From: Anolis carolinensis
Lineage: Eukaryota
Length of the DNA: 64,000 bases
Direction: 5' to 3'
NCBI RefSeq assembly: GCF_035594765.1
Contig: NC_085845.1
Coordinates: 127,798,897 to 127,862,896, forward strand
Shown piece after piece: positions 50,406 through 62,148 of the stretch. The position numbers and the translations under genes are program-made. Numbering within the stretch: the stretch's first letter is position 1; the number at the start of each line of letters is the position of its first letter. The notes under the pieces are model-generated. The model did no database searches and was not told the origin of the DNA. It saw nothing but the letters and a program-made list of their open reading frames with translations.

Positions 50406-51173
50406 TATTAGTCCTGGAAGGGCACTTTAACTCAGTTCATATCCGAATTTGCAAAGATCCAATTCCTTAATCAGAGGTTTGGCTGCTCCCATTTTGATTC
50501 TGGAAATATCACATGCAGTGCCGATACAGATATATTGAAGAAGGCAGCTGTTTTATAAGAATGCAATCAACAATAATTTGGACAAGTCCTACACATTGTA
50601 TTTCATTAAAAAATGGAGGTGGGAAAAGTAAGGCCTTCTAGATGCTGCTGACAGCATTTACTATCAGACTTAATCAGAATTGACTACAGTGAAGAATGCT
50701 GAAATTTGTAACAGAACAAAATCTGGGAAAATTGACAATTCCCATCCATGCTTTCAGATATCCCATACCAGTTTAATCATAGCTTGAGTAAAGAACTATT
50801 TCGTGCTAAGTCTAGGATATGAATGTATTGATCTTTAAAATAGAGCCACATATCAACTTGTAAAAGAAGACTGCACACCTGATGCAATCTTGAAGGTTCT
50901 TCACTATCACTACAATAAAAAAAACATGATGACAACGGGTGAGAAGACAATAGCTTGGATCTTCTAAATGAACATGTAGGCTGTTCTTAATGCTCTTTAT
51001 GCCTCAATGCATTTTAGTTATTTTTCAAAATATTATAATGTACATTTAAATTGAATCACTGATTTCCTTCACCACATCCTCATTTAATTGTTTACAATCA
51101 TTCTTGTTTTCCTTCCCCCGCATTTCTTGGCTGTTGGGCCATCGTGGTGAGAAGTAGAAACCAAAATCCCTGA

Positions 51174-51317
51174 AATTGCTCCTACAATATTGGTTACTTT
51201 TTTACTGAAATGTCCTGAAAGTATTCAATGCCCAAGGCATTATGGAAAAATTAAATTATGACAAGCAAGAACAGTTACAATTCTCAGAAAGAAATATGCC
51301 CACCAGCTATGAATAAA
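51174..51317 (+). pseudogene. Beta-defensin-like terminal exon relic, paralog of 47674
   Basis: C-SYNIGY-[F] / IQ-C-PRHYGKIKL-[TGA]; AATAAA at 51312. Confidence 0.55.
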
Positions 51318-53130
51318 TGTATGAGTGGATATGAACCTGCTTAATCAATTGTTTACTTGTGAAATTAATTTAGAATCAAAATTTAACTAAATAAAGCCCA
51401 TTCAATTCATCATTTAAATGTTTTATACATTTTGAAATGAATACACCTCCTTGAAGATTACTTGGTCCAAACTTGGATTCAACTGTTATAGGCCATGACA
51501 ACTGACAACTATTTCAAATTTATATATGTTGTAGATACAATTGGAATTTCAATTGGTTCTAATCTTCTTCATCCTCATGAAGAGAGTAATTCACTACTTA
51601 CTTCCTGAATATACAAATCCTATTTGTGTGACCATTGTCCCAATTATTCAATCTGCAAAGACTCATACATTGTGTTTTTTGGTTGGCTTGTTCATTTGTT
51701 CAGTTTGTCAGATTCCTTGGCACTATTCAGAAGACAGGTTGACTATATATTCTACTTACAAACTAGCTAACAAATAAAATATTTGTGCAGCTGGGAGTTC
51801 ATTGTCAGCAAGACATAATCCGTTACTCAGTGGTTGAAGTAGATCTGGTATTGATTGCCCCACTGCCACAGCACATATATTTAACTAGAAGAAGAAAAAG
51901 TATTTTTGTTGTATGTTCAAGCAATTTATTTAACATATTTTTTTCTTTTCTTTGGTCCAAAAACAACAAATTAAGCTGTCTACTCCCCATTTGTACTAAA
52001 CTCCTACATAGTCTAAAATCCCTAGTGATCATAATATCAGTGTCTTATTCGAAGGAGAAAAGTGATCCCAAGATATTATTTGAGAGGAGATACATGAATT
52101 CAATTCTAATATCATTCTGAAGCACAAAAAGGGATAATAAAGTATGATAAGCCAGAAGCATAAATCGGGCTTAAGTTCATTCCCTTCAGCAGAAGCATTG
52201 CACTCTCTTATACCCCCCCTTTTTTTTTTTACTCCAGAAAATATCACGAATGATGACAGATATTCCTGTACTAAAAAAGAAAAGAGGCAGAGGTAGAATG
52301 TAGCCAACATGAGCCACTTGGAAGAAAACATAGAAAGGTGGCTGGTCAATTTCTGTCTTTCAACTCGCTTAAGTCCAAAACTTTGAAACGTTAGTGTGAA
52401 AATTAACATAGTAATATTAACATTACTTTAAATATTAATTATTTAATATTAAACATTGAACTGAGTAATATTAATTTATGACATTTAAAGCATGAATTTT
52501 TGAACTAAATTTTGAATGTCAAAAATCAATTAAAGTGGGTCTAAATTATGCAAAATTAACCTTAAAAAGAACAAATTTAATTTCATGAAATGCTAACAGA
52601 TGTTCAAACAGCTAACATGATAACTGTTAAAATTATTGAAATCATTCTTTTAAAAATCAAATATTTAAAATTAAAAAGAACCGTGGGCAATGAGCAACAC
52701 ATTCAACAATTTAGAAATCTATCTTGCTCAATATCAGCTACCCTGACTGCTAGGTACAAACTATTTCCTAACTACATTTTTTGCCTATGTTAGTGCAGAA
52801 CTAGAAATGGATAGTGGTGACCAACAGAGATCTACTTTTACAATGTATAAAGGTAAGTAAAAAGCTTGCTAAGGTATCCCATGCTTGCCTTTTAATATTT
52901 AGTGTTCAAAGCTCCTTTACAAAATTGTCATTATAGCTAGTTTTATGGTACTATATATGATTTTGATTGTAGGAGGAGGAGAATGACTTAATTGGCAAAA
53001 AAAAAAAAAAACCAACCCATATATGCCTTTTCCATTTGACAAAATACATGAAATTTCCCACACTTCAACTTGGTCCTTACATCACTTGCAAAAGAATAAG
53101 TGAAGGGCCCATGATCCCTCTCTACCAATT

Positions 53131-53439
53131 TGTCAGGGTGTGAAAGCCCAATACTCATAACAGCTGAACGTGGGAGATAATCTAAATGATAAGAGCCATC
53201 TGGCCAGGAGGATGGGTTTTATGGCCTGCTCTGGTTTTTCAAGTCTGGGAAAGGACTACATAACAGATACGTGTGAATATGGAAAGGGGGGAGGTAGGAG
53301 GTGGATATACTCGGGGTTTGGTGGGAATATGTTAGCTCTAGCTTCGTTTTCATCTTGTAAAGAAGGTCTTCAATAAAGCGTTTCCACGGAACTGCCTGTG
53401 TGAGCCTGCTTTAAGTCCTATAGCTTTCAAGAGCTGACA
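53131..53439 (+). mobile_element. Solo LTR (309 bp)
   Basis: TGTCAG...CTGACA termini; perfect 5-bp TSD CAATT; AATAAA at 53372. Confidence 0.9.
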
Positions 53440-54469
53440 CAATTGCTGCTTTGGCTCCATCATCTAGTTTCCTTTGTTACCTATGTGGGACACACTTGGA
53501 CACTTGTTCACAACATTAAAAATTGCAACTCCAACAGAGTCATCATATCTCAGGAGTTTCAACTGGACACCACATTTATTTGCATCCAATCGGTTTTCCC
53601 AGCTTTGACCTGTGTATCGTTAGCATTAGTAAATTTCAGCTACTACTGTGGAGAAATATGACTTCTTGCTGTTTTTTTCTAACCAGATTTATTGAACAGT
53701 AAAATAAAAAGTCACACACAAACACACTTGTTCACTCAAAAGAACAGAGGGCTCTTATTCCTAATGTAACTGCAAGATGTGCCTATGAGTACCCTGTTTT
53801 ATACTGTTTCCATTTGTGATGGTATGTACTGAAAGGAACATTGCCTACACCTTGATTAAAACCCAAGGAAGACAACACAAGATAACTTCTCCCATTAGGC
53901 TTTCTCCCAAGGGCTCTAAACTTGACTGTCTCATGTTCACAATTAAATCTATAGCAAGTGGCTCTTATGCAGTTCTTCTTTCAGCATCAAGATGCATCAC
54001 ATCATAGTTCAATGAGAAGAACACAAAGCAATTAGCAAAGCATGAAGAATGAAAATGGAAATAGCTGAAGTTTTTAAATAGAGAGTAAACTATTCAATAA
54101 AAGATACACATTTTCATTATTCTTTTCATAGCTGGTGCTTGACACCATCACTTAAGATTCAAAGGAAACATCTTGCCCTTTCAGAGCTTTAGCATCTCAT
54201 CGTGATTCACAACTTACAATCACACAAAGTTTCTGCTTACCTCATTCCAGTAAGACATGTGTGCAGACAAGTGTTATTAACACATGAGAGGTCAAAGGGA
54301 TAAACTCGCAAGAGGCTCTATTTCATTGTCTTTGAAATATACCAGATGGCAGCACTGGGCAATTGTTAATTTGATCAATGTGTTGTTTCCTTTCTACCCA
54401 GGAAACCTGAAGTTGATGACCTAAAAACTATGTCTCTGCTTGTTAAACAGGTGTAAAGAATGCCACCAG

Positions 54470-54578
54470 ACTTCTCCCAGACACCATTCTTGCAACCAAA
54501 TAATATTTGGCCTTTTCCAAACAGGCATAGCTGAACTCTTAAATAAACACCATCTGAGCCACTGAACGAAATATATTG
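54470..54578 (-). pseudogene. Beta-defensin-like exon relic
   Basis: [F]-SGSDGV-[Y]-LRVQL-C-LFGKGQILFG-C-KNGV-[W]; same x6-x5-x10-x4 spacing as 23282. Confidence 0.5.
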
Positions 54579-55075
54579 CTGGAATATGTTCAACTCCCAA
54601 TTCCAGTTGCACTACATGACTGATAACAAGGATGAAAATATTATTAAATATTAAAATTTGATGTAAATTAATTGGCATGAGATTATGCCGGCAGCAGTGC
54701 AAGGCCACAGAACACAAGACAGTTGGGAAGCTCCAGGGAAGGAGATGATGCAGGACTGTGAGTTGTATGTGTGAGATCTGGATTCAAACCATCATCCCAC
54801 AAACCCATGAGGTTTTTAGTGAGGTACTGTTAAAAATACTGTATCTTGTTGCTAAACCAGGGGTTCTCAAATATTTTCAGTTACAGAAGCAAAGGTTTCT
54901 CATGGAGCCGCAGTAAATTTTTATATATTATATTATCTATGATGTATCTATATCAGGCATGGGGCAGGCCAGTGGCAGATGGATGGAGTGTTTGTGTGTG
55001 AACTAATTTACACAGTTCAAAAAAAGGAAGGAAAATAAGAAAGAACAATTTTAACCAGCTTATCAGTATTTCAAT

Positions 55076-55168
55076 GGAAGACCCCCGGGCCATCCAGTTC
55101 ACTCACCTTCTGCCATACTGAAAAACCACAATCAAACACCCCAACAGATGGCCACCCAGCTTGTGTAC

Positions 55169-55202
<34 letters not shown>

Positions 55203-55275
55203 TGCAGAAACTCCAGAGGCCATCCAACCCAACCCTTTCTGCCATGCAGGAAAAACACAATCAAAGCCCCCATGA
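55076..55275 (-). mobile_element. Two CR1-like 3' end fragments separated by (TAA)n
   Basis: GGCCATCCA..C.A.CC.TTCTGCCAT...ACACAATCAAA repeated. Confidence 0.7.
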
Positions 55276-56489
55276 GCAGTGGGAGGGAAATAGGGTTTTA
55301 CACACAGCAAGCATATTTTGGTTTTCTTACTCTATTACAATAATAGATGACATTGGTAGCACTGAAGTGCTTATACCAATGAAAATAATAAACTTTATAG
55401 CCCTTGCATAAGAGTTACGTTGGTCACTGAGGACAAGATACAAAGTCTGCTTGTCCTCTACAGCTGGAAATCAAGTGATTTATTTCCTGTTGTAGCTCCC
55501 AAACACTGCATGTTTCAATTTTCATAAATACTTCATATGATTTTCTTGGAAACAGATTCCTTTTCTCATTAAACTCATATTCCTTCAACAACTCCTCACA
55601 GCTTTCTCCCTCTTAAAATGTGATTTATCTGTCCAGTGAGTTATGAATTAAAAATGGACCTTTGATAAACTGACCAAATGCTGTTCTCACTTTGATATTG
55701 TACCCCTGAAACAGAAAGAGCTGCTGGGAAGAAGGGCATGCCTTCACTTGCTTAAATGTTTGATGACTATGCATATATAATGATTTTACCATTTACAATA
55801 AGGAGAAAAACCTACACTTAGTCCACTAAGTCTGCAAATATTTTATAGAAATTTTTTCTTATGACATTAGGAAGAACTTTCTAATGCTAAGGCATACTCG
55901 CCACACTTCCCTTCAATGGTACAAGTGTTTATGGCTTCTTTCTAAATGCATTTACCTGGAAGAAAGTCCTATTAAACTCAAACTTACTTCTGAGCAGAGA
56001 AATATAGAATTATACTATAAAATTCCCACAATTTTTCTCATTGCATAACAGAATGGAATACAGTTGGTAATTTCTCATCATTCTGGGCATTTTAGAGATC
56101 TTCCTGAATTTTCCACAATGCATTTGCCAGAAATTAATTGACACCCTACATAACCACTTTGAAAAAGTCATAGATTTGTTTAACTATATCTCATGCTTTC
56201 AAGAATTTGGATTAACAGACAGTAGATATGTACAAGAAAAAATATATCACCAACTGTATAATCATATCTGAAATTGAACATATTGCTGCATATTCAGCAC
56301 AAAAAGCTGACATATTCTGTAGAGTAGTTGTCAGGTTTTCGAAAGAGCAATATGGGATCAATTTCATAATATACAGGGTTAAAAGTCAGGAAGCAGCAAT
56401 TAGCAAGTTTTTGTTCTATTAGATACCAAATAAAAGCACGATTTCAGTTGACTTTACCAATATGTTAATTTTCTGTAAAATTAACATAT

Positions 56490-56618
56490 TGTATTGTCGA
56501 AGGCTTTCATGGCCGGAATCACAGGGTTATTGAGTGTTTTCCGGACTCCAAGGCCATGTTCCAGAAGTATTTTCTCCTGACGTTTTGTCCACATCTATGG
56601 CAGGCATCCTCAGAGGTT
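56490..56618 (-). mobile_element. Penelope pLTR fragment with a mutated hammerhead core
   Basis: Same pLTR as 17975 and 31709; GAAA core reads AAAA. Confidence 0.85.
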
Positions 56619-57472
56619 CCTTTGTCCACATTCATATATTATATCATGCACATATTTCTGTCTTTATGAAAGGCTTGTACTCAGAAATATAAGCTGGGGG
56701 CATCTTACTCAGTTTAGATGAAAATAAATGCTTTCCCTCATAACAATAATCCCTATTGCTAGTTCTCTAAAGGGCAAACATTCCAAGTCTCAAATAAGAG
56801 ATATCCCTTATATAAAGGAAGACTTGGTAGCTCTACTGTGAAGCAAGATGTGTGAAATCAAAATATCAGTTTGTCTCCAGAGAAACATGTGGAAGGCATT
56901 TTTCTGCTTAAGGAAAATGACAAAATAGTGTCCTATTGCTTTACACTACATGGCAGGCAGTTGAAGCAATACTAGTATTTTAGGGTAGACATTGGGCAAA
57001 GTGCAACCGATAGGGCATATTGTTGTTCTTTTGTATGTTCTTGATGTTGTTGCTACTTTTGAATGCCTTCATGTTATTTCTAACCGATGGTGACCCTAAG
57101 GTAAACTTATAAAGTTTGTACAAAAGGAGGTTGATTTTGCCTTCCTCTGAGGGTTAAAGAGTATGATTTGCCCAGTGTCAGTCAGTGGGATTCCATGGCT
57201 GAGTACATAGTCTCACTCAATTTTATTCATCCTCAACACACATGTGTGCACGCACACACACATATAGTATATCTCTTAATTCTCAGGACACTCTAAAATT
57301 GATCAAACCACAATGTATGCAGTTTGGCTTTATTTTAGCCCAAGTCAGACCTCTGCCCAAATGCTGACACAGTTGAAGGTTGGCCGGCTTTTGAACAAAT
57401 GAAAACCAGAAGTGACTCTGGGATTTGTTTAAGCTTTCTTTTCCACTCTAGTGCAGTCTGCTAAGAGGGGAA

Positions 57473-57802
57473 GGTAAAGGTAAAGGTTTTGCCTGACGTT
57501 AAGTCCAGTCATGTCTGACTCTGGGGGTTGGTGCTCATCTCCATTTCTAAGCCGAAGAGCCAGTGTTGTCCATAGACAACTCCAAGGTCATGTGGCCGGC
57601 ATGATTGTATGGAGCACCGTTACCTTCCTGCCGGAGCGGTACCTATTGATCTACTCACATTTGCATGTTTTTGAACTGCTAGGTTGGCAGAAATTGGAGC
57701 TGACAGCGGGCTCTCACACCGCTCCTGGGATTTGAACCTGGGACCTTTCGGTCTGCAAGTTCAGCAGCTCAGTGCTTTAACACACTTCGCCACCGGGGCT
57801 CC
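57473..57802 (-). mobile_element. Sauria SINE
   Basis: Full consensus; TSD AAGAGGGGAA. Confidence 0.95.
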
Positions 57803-59299
57803 TTAAAGAGGGGAATAAGTGTGAAAATTGGCACACCTAGCACAATTATCTAGTCCTGTTTTAGGACATTGAACTAAGCTCTTGGGAAGCCAGATACATT
57901 GTATGGCACACAAAACTCTATCAACCACATTGTTACTATATTTGAAGAATATTTGAAAAATGGTTAAAATGGGTTGAGTTTTTTTAAACTATAGGGAAAC
58001 GATCTCAAAGAATAATGAAGTGATGAGAATTTCCACATGACTGTTTTGCACAGACATCAGGGTTTTCTGCAGAGAAGACATATTTCTTGGTGTGAAAGAG
58101 AATATTTCAACAAAGAAATATAAAAGCCTACGATGCGAATCAACCATGTGTGAATTTTCTGCAAAATAAATCTACAGTTACTGCTTTTGCTGTGTAAAAA
58201 TTATTTTCCATACAGAAAAGTTTCTATCCTGCAGAGAAAATGCTGATTTCTGCACAAAATAACCACATGAATTTTTTTTCATAGAATTACCAATAGTTCC
58301 AAATAGCCTTCAAAAATTGTGTGGGAAGAAAATTACTTGGAAATAAATGTAGTGAATAATTGCATCGATACTTCACTCTCGTTAATGGCAAAAACTCTTG
58401 TCTATACCTACTTAAACCTAGCCCAAAAAAATAAAATAAAATAGGGCAGGAATTTGAGAGGGCTTCAGTAGGACAGAATGAAATGAGCAACATCGTAGAG
58501 CAGGCACAAAAATCCCTTGAACAAAACAGCAGGTGTGCTTTTATAATTCGGTGTCCTTTAGTTTAGGAGATAGAAACAACTCCAATATTAAGGGCAAAAT
58601 TGGAGCCAGAGCTTGGAAAGTAGAAGTTCTAACTGATCATTATTCTTCCCACCTCAAGAGAATGTAGTGGCTTTATTTTGCTGGTGAACACTAGTCAATT
58701 TTTCAACATTCTTCAGTGTATTATTAGTGCATGAGTGTATAAAAAGTGAGTGGGAAGGGGCAGGAGAGAAAAAGAGAATACCTGTCATGTTGTTATTCCA
58801 CATAATAATTAGTAGCCATTTTTATCCTCTTATATACAAATATCTACTTTGAACAAGTCATAGATTTTATTGGACAACCAACTGAGGGCACAAAATGGAA
58901 CACATTTAACTCTCATATTATTTAAACTACAGTTGTGTGATCATTAGCTTGTACATTTTTTAAATGACAGTGTTTAAGGATTGTTCACAACATAAGACAT
59001 TGTCATATATCAGCCTTTACTGTAGAGGAAAGCACATGGTTGAAATGCTAGTTATTTAAGGATATATTCTTATATACACTGGTCCCAGAGGCTTGTTTTT
59101 ATATCTCTAGCTTGTTTCAAAGTCTACCTCTACCACTTTTGGATTTCTTTTAGCATCTCTGACACTCTCATGGGGTTGTTCTAGTACAGTGTTTCTCAAC
59201 CTATGGGTCCCCAAGTCTTTTGGCCTTCAACTCCCAGATTTCCTAAAAACGGGTAAACTGGTTGGGATTTCTGGGAGCTGTAGGCCAAAACACCTGGGG

Positions 59300-60003
59300 T
59301 TTTTATTAATATTTGACATTTTAATGGTGTTAAATACCATTTCCAAATTATCTTATAATATTATTGGCAAATTTTTCAAATGCCTTTGTTTCCACAATTG
59401 CGACCATTCCATTCCTGCTTTGCTTTCACCAGCAGACAAAGACATTTTGTTTGAGCAGGCTTTAAAAACACTAGCAGGGTTTTTGTTATTGGGGATACTC
59501 TATTGATCTTTTAAACTTTGGTGTGTTTTCAATTGATTTTAAAATGTTTTATGAATGTGATTGGAATTGTAAGAAAGTCTTTAACATAGCAGAAATGGAC
59601 AAATTAGCAATTGTAAACAAAGAAAAAAACCAAATACTTTATAAAGGACTCGGAACCATTTCTAAATTTGGTTTAAAAAAGAAAGAAAGAAGGAAAAGGT
59701 TTTTTTAGAACGCTTCATACGTAATTTAACCTGTTAGAATCAGTGTAGGGAATTTATAAATAATAAATATCAGGCCAGAAGGAAGAATAGAAAAACAATG
59801 TAATAGGAAGGAAAAATGGAATTGTAGATAAATGTCTCCGACCCAAGGGATGGAAAGTCACTAAATTGGGAGGGGTGGGAGGAGGGGAGAGTATAATCAA
59901 ATACAAATATTGTATAGATGTTAGGAAGTGTTGTATTGGTTCATGCATATATACATGTAAATAGATTTGTTTCACTATTTATGAATATATAAATAAAAAA
60001 AAA
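59300..60003. mobile_element. L1 fragment with an inverted 5' segment
   Basis: Minus 59300-59545 encodes YYKIIWKWYLTPLK; plus 59550-60003 encodes W..K..IAEMDKL and ends in AATAAA plus an A-tail. Confidence 0.7.
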
Positions 60004-60562
60004 CATTAATCCAAATAGTAATTAGACAAAAGCATAAAAAAGATTTTACTGTAAACTGTCTTTTATTTACTATACCTGGAAGCTTCCTTGCATCACAGAG
60101 AAAGGCAGCACTGAAATGAAAGGTGGTGGAGGAGAAAGAGGAACAGGAGTAATAGTTATAGCAGTTTAAGAGGAGGAGGTAAAAACAGAATCTGGAATGT
60201 GTCAAGAGCCAGACTACAACAACGATTAAGGATTTGAAAATGAAGTCTTATCGAAAATAAGTTATGGCCCTGAGTATGTTTCGTTGCCCAAGGCAGTAAT
60301 CAGGCTTCATATAGGTCCAGCTTCAGTCCTTGCATACTTTGATTGGTAGTTTACTTCTGTTTGGAGGGAATGTTCCAAATGATTGCATTGGCTTGGGATC
60401 TGGGATTCAGCTAAAACTATGGACATACTTATCCTTATGATTGTAATATTTCACATCAGTCTATGTATGGTGTTAACAAGAAGAAGAGCAAGAGGAAAAG
60501 TAACACGATCAGTGTGATTCTGCTCTAACTCAGGATGTTATCACATGAGGTTTCTAAAGCAG

Positions 60563-60816
60563 GTTCAGCCATCACAAAGCTACCTTGCTTGAGACCGGAG
60601 TACACCTGCCTATTCCCTCTTTTTATCACACCAAGACTTATTGAAAGCAGTTTAAGAAAACTCAAACCATGTTTTACTTACCACAGCTGCGGGGATGTAA
60701 CTCTGCTTAAACCATGCATTCCCCATCTTTGTACGTGTCCCCTTTTTATGTTTTTTCTCGCTGTTATATTGTGCAACAGTTTTCAACCTTGTGAGATCCC
60801 CCTTTCCCTTTCTTAG
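60563..60816 (+). pseudogene. Beta-defensin-like exon (open frame)
   Basis: Phase 1 GSAITKLP-C-LRPEYT-C-LFPLFI[T]PRL...P-C-FTYHS-C[G]. Confidence 0.5.
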
Positions 60817-60879
60817 AGTTTTGCAGCTGTACAGGTTTGCATCTGTGCAGTGTAATTGATATAAATATAGTTATAATGT

Positions 60880-61494
60880 ATTTTTTAAAAAACATACAAA
60901 GTTAAAAACTTGACATTATATTAGATTTCCTTTGACCAGAAACTGGCCACTTGGAGTGCCTCTGGTGTCACTGTGAGAAGTTCCTCCATTGTTCATATGG
61001 CAGGGCTCAGGCTGCATTGTAGTAAGTGGTCTGTGGTTTGCTCTTCTCCACACTTGCATGTCATGGATTCCACTTTGTAGCTCCATTTCTTAATATTATC
61101 TCTGCATCTCGTGGTGCCAGATCATAGTCTATTTAGCACTTTCCATGTTGCCCAGTCTTCTGTGTTCCCAGTGGAGAGTTTTTCATCCAGTATCAGCCAC
61201 TGATTAAGGTTCTGAGTTTTAACCTGCCACTTTTGGACTCTTGCTTGCTAGCTGTGAGTGGCTCTGTAGATCTCGGGAAGCTATTTCTCGATTTAAGGCA
61301 TTGGCTTGCTTGCTGATATCCAAAAAGAGGATGAGCAAGAGATGTCAATGCCTTGGTTCTTTCATTACAGGCTGCTACTTCCGGAAGGATGTCAAGTGGT
61401 GCAATACCGGCTAAGCAGTATAATTTCTCCAGTGGTGTAGGGTGTAGACATCCTGTGATGGTGCAGCATGTCTGATTAAGAGCCACATCCATTG
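60880..61494 (-). mobile_element. Vingi/ingi-like LINE 3' fragment
   Basis: Minus frame DVALNQTCCTITGCLHPTPLEKLYCLAGIAP...HPLFGYQ...LKSRNSF. Confidence 0.85.
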
Positions 61495-62148
61495 TATTTA
61501 TACCAAAGTATTATCCCCACAAAAACTTAAAAAATTATTAACAAAAAAGTATTTTGGGATTAAAAAACTATTTTGTGTATTCCACAAGGGATAGGTGTAA
61601 TTTTGACTTTGAAACCCTTTTGGAGGTGAAAACCATGCATAAGCAGGAAGTTTTGTAAAACTGAGAAATCCATGTCAGTTGCTTGGTGAAGCTACAGAGT
61701 TGCACAGTTACTTGATTTTTTTTAAAGGAAGCAATCAGGGGGAAAGTGAAAATTTCTTGCTTTGCAGCCAGAGTTCATCTCTGTCTGTGTACCAGAGTGG
61801 CAATTGCAGTACACTGAGAATCAGCAACAGCAGTGGGTATCACAATGGCCACAACATGCCCACAATCTACTTGACTGGCTCCAAACTCACTACAGAAGTG
61901 GCATCACATTACTGCATGGCTGAAAATGCTTTGAAAGATTCTCAGAATGTGTGTTCCTTGAACAGCTCTAAAATGTGTTTTGCCCAATTTCAAAAACAAC
62001 TGCTCCAAAAAGACTTGAAGTTTGGTCTTCAGTGAGTTTATAGCAATGTCATGCAATGTACGTTTCTCACTAGGGAGCCTCCAATACAGCTTATTCTAGC
62101 CTGCAGTACTGGGAATGTCTCATAAGAAATCTGGATTTGTTGCAATCT

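Larger units (their letters stand above)
48547..50591. mobile_element. Putative non-autonomous DNA transposon with TAGG-type TIRs and an internal minisatellite
   Basis: TAGGCTTGTCC...GGACAAGTCCTA termini; CpG-rich left end. Confidence 0.6.
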
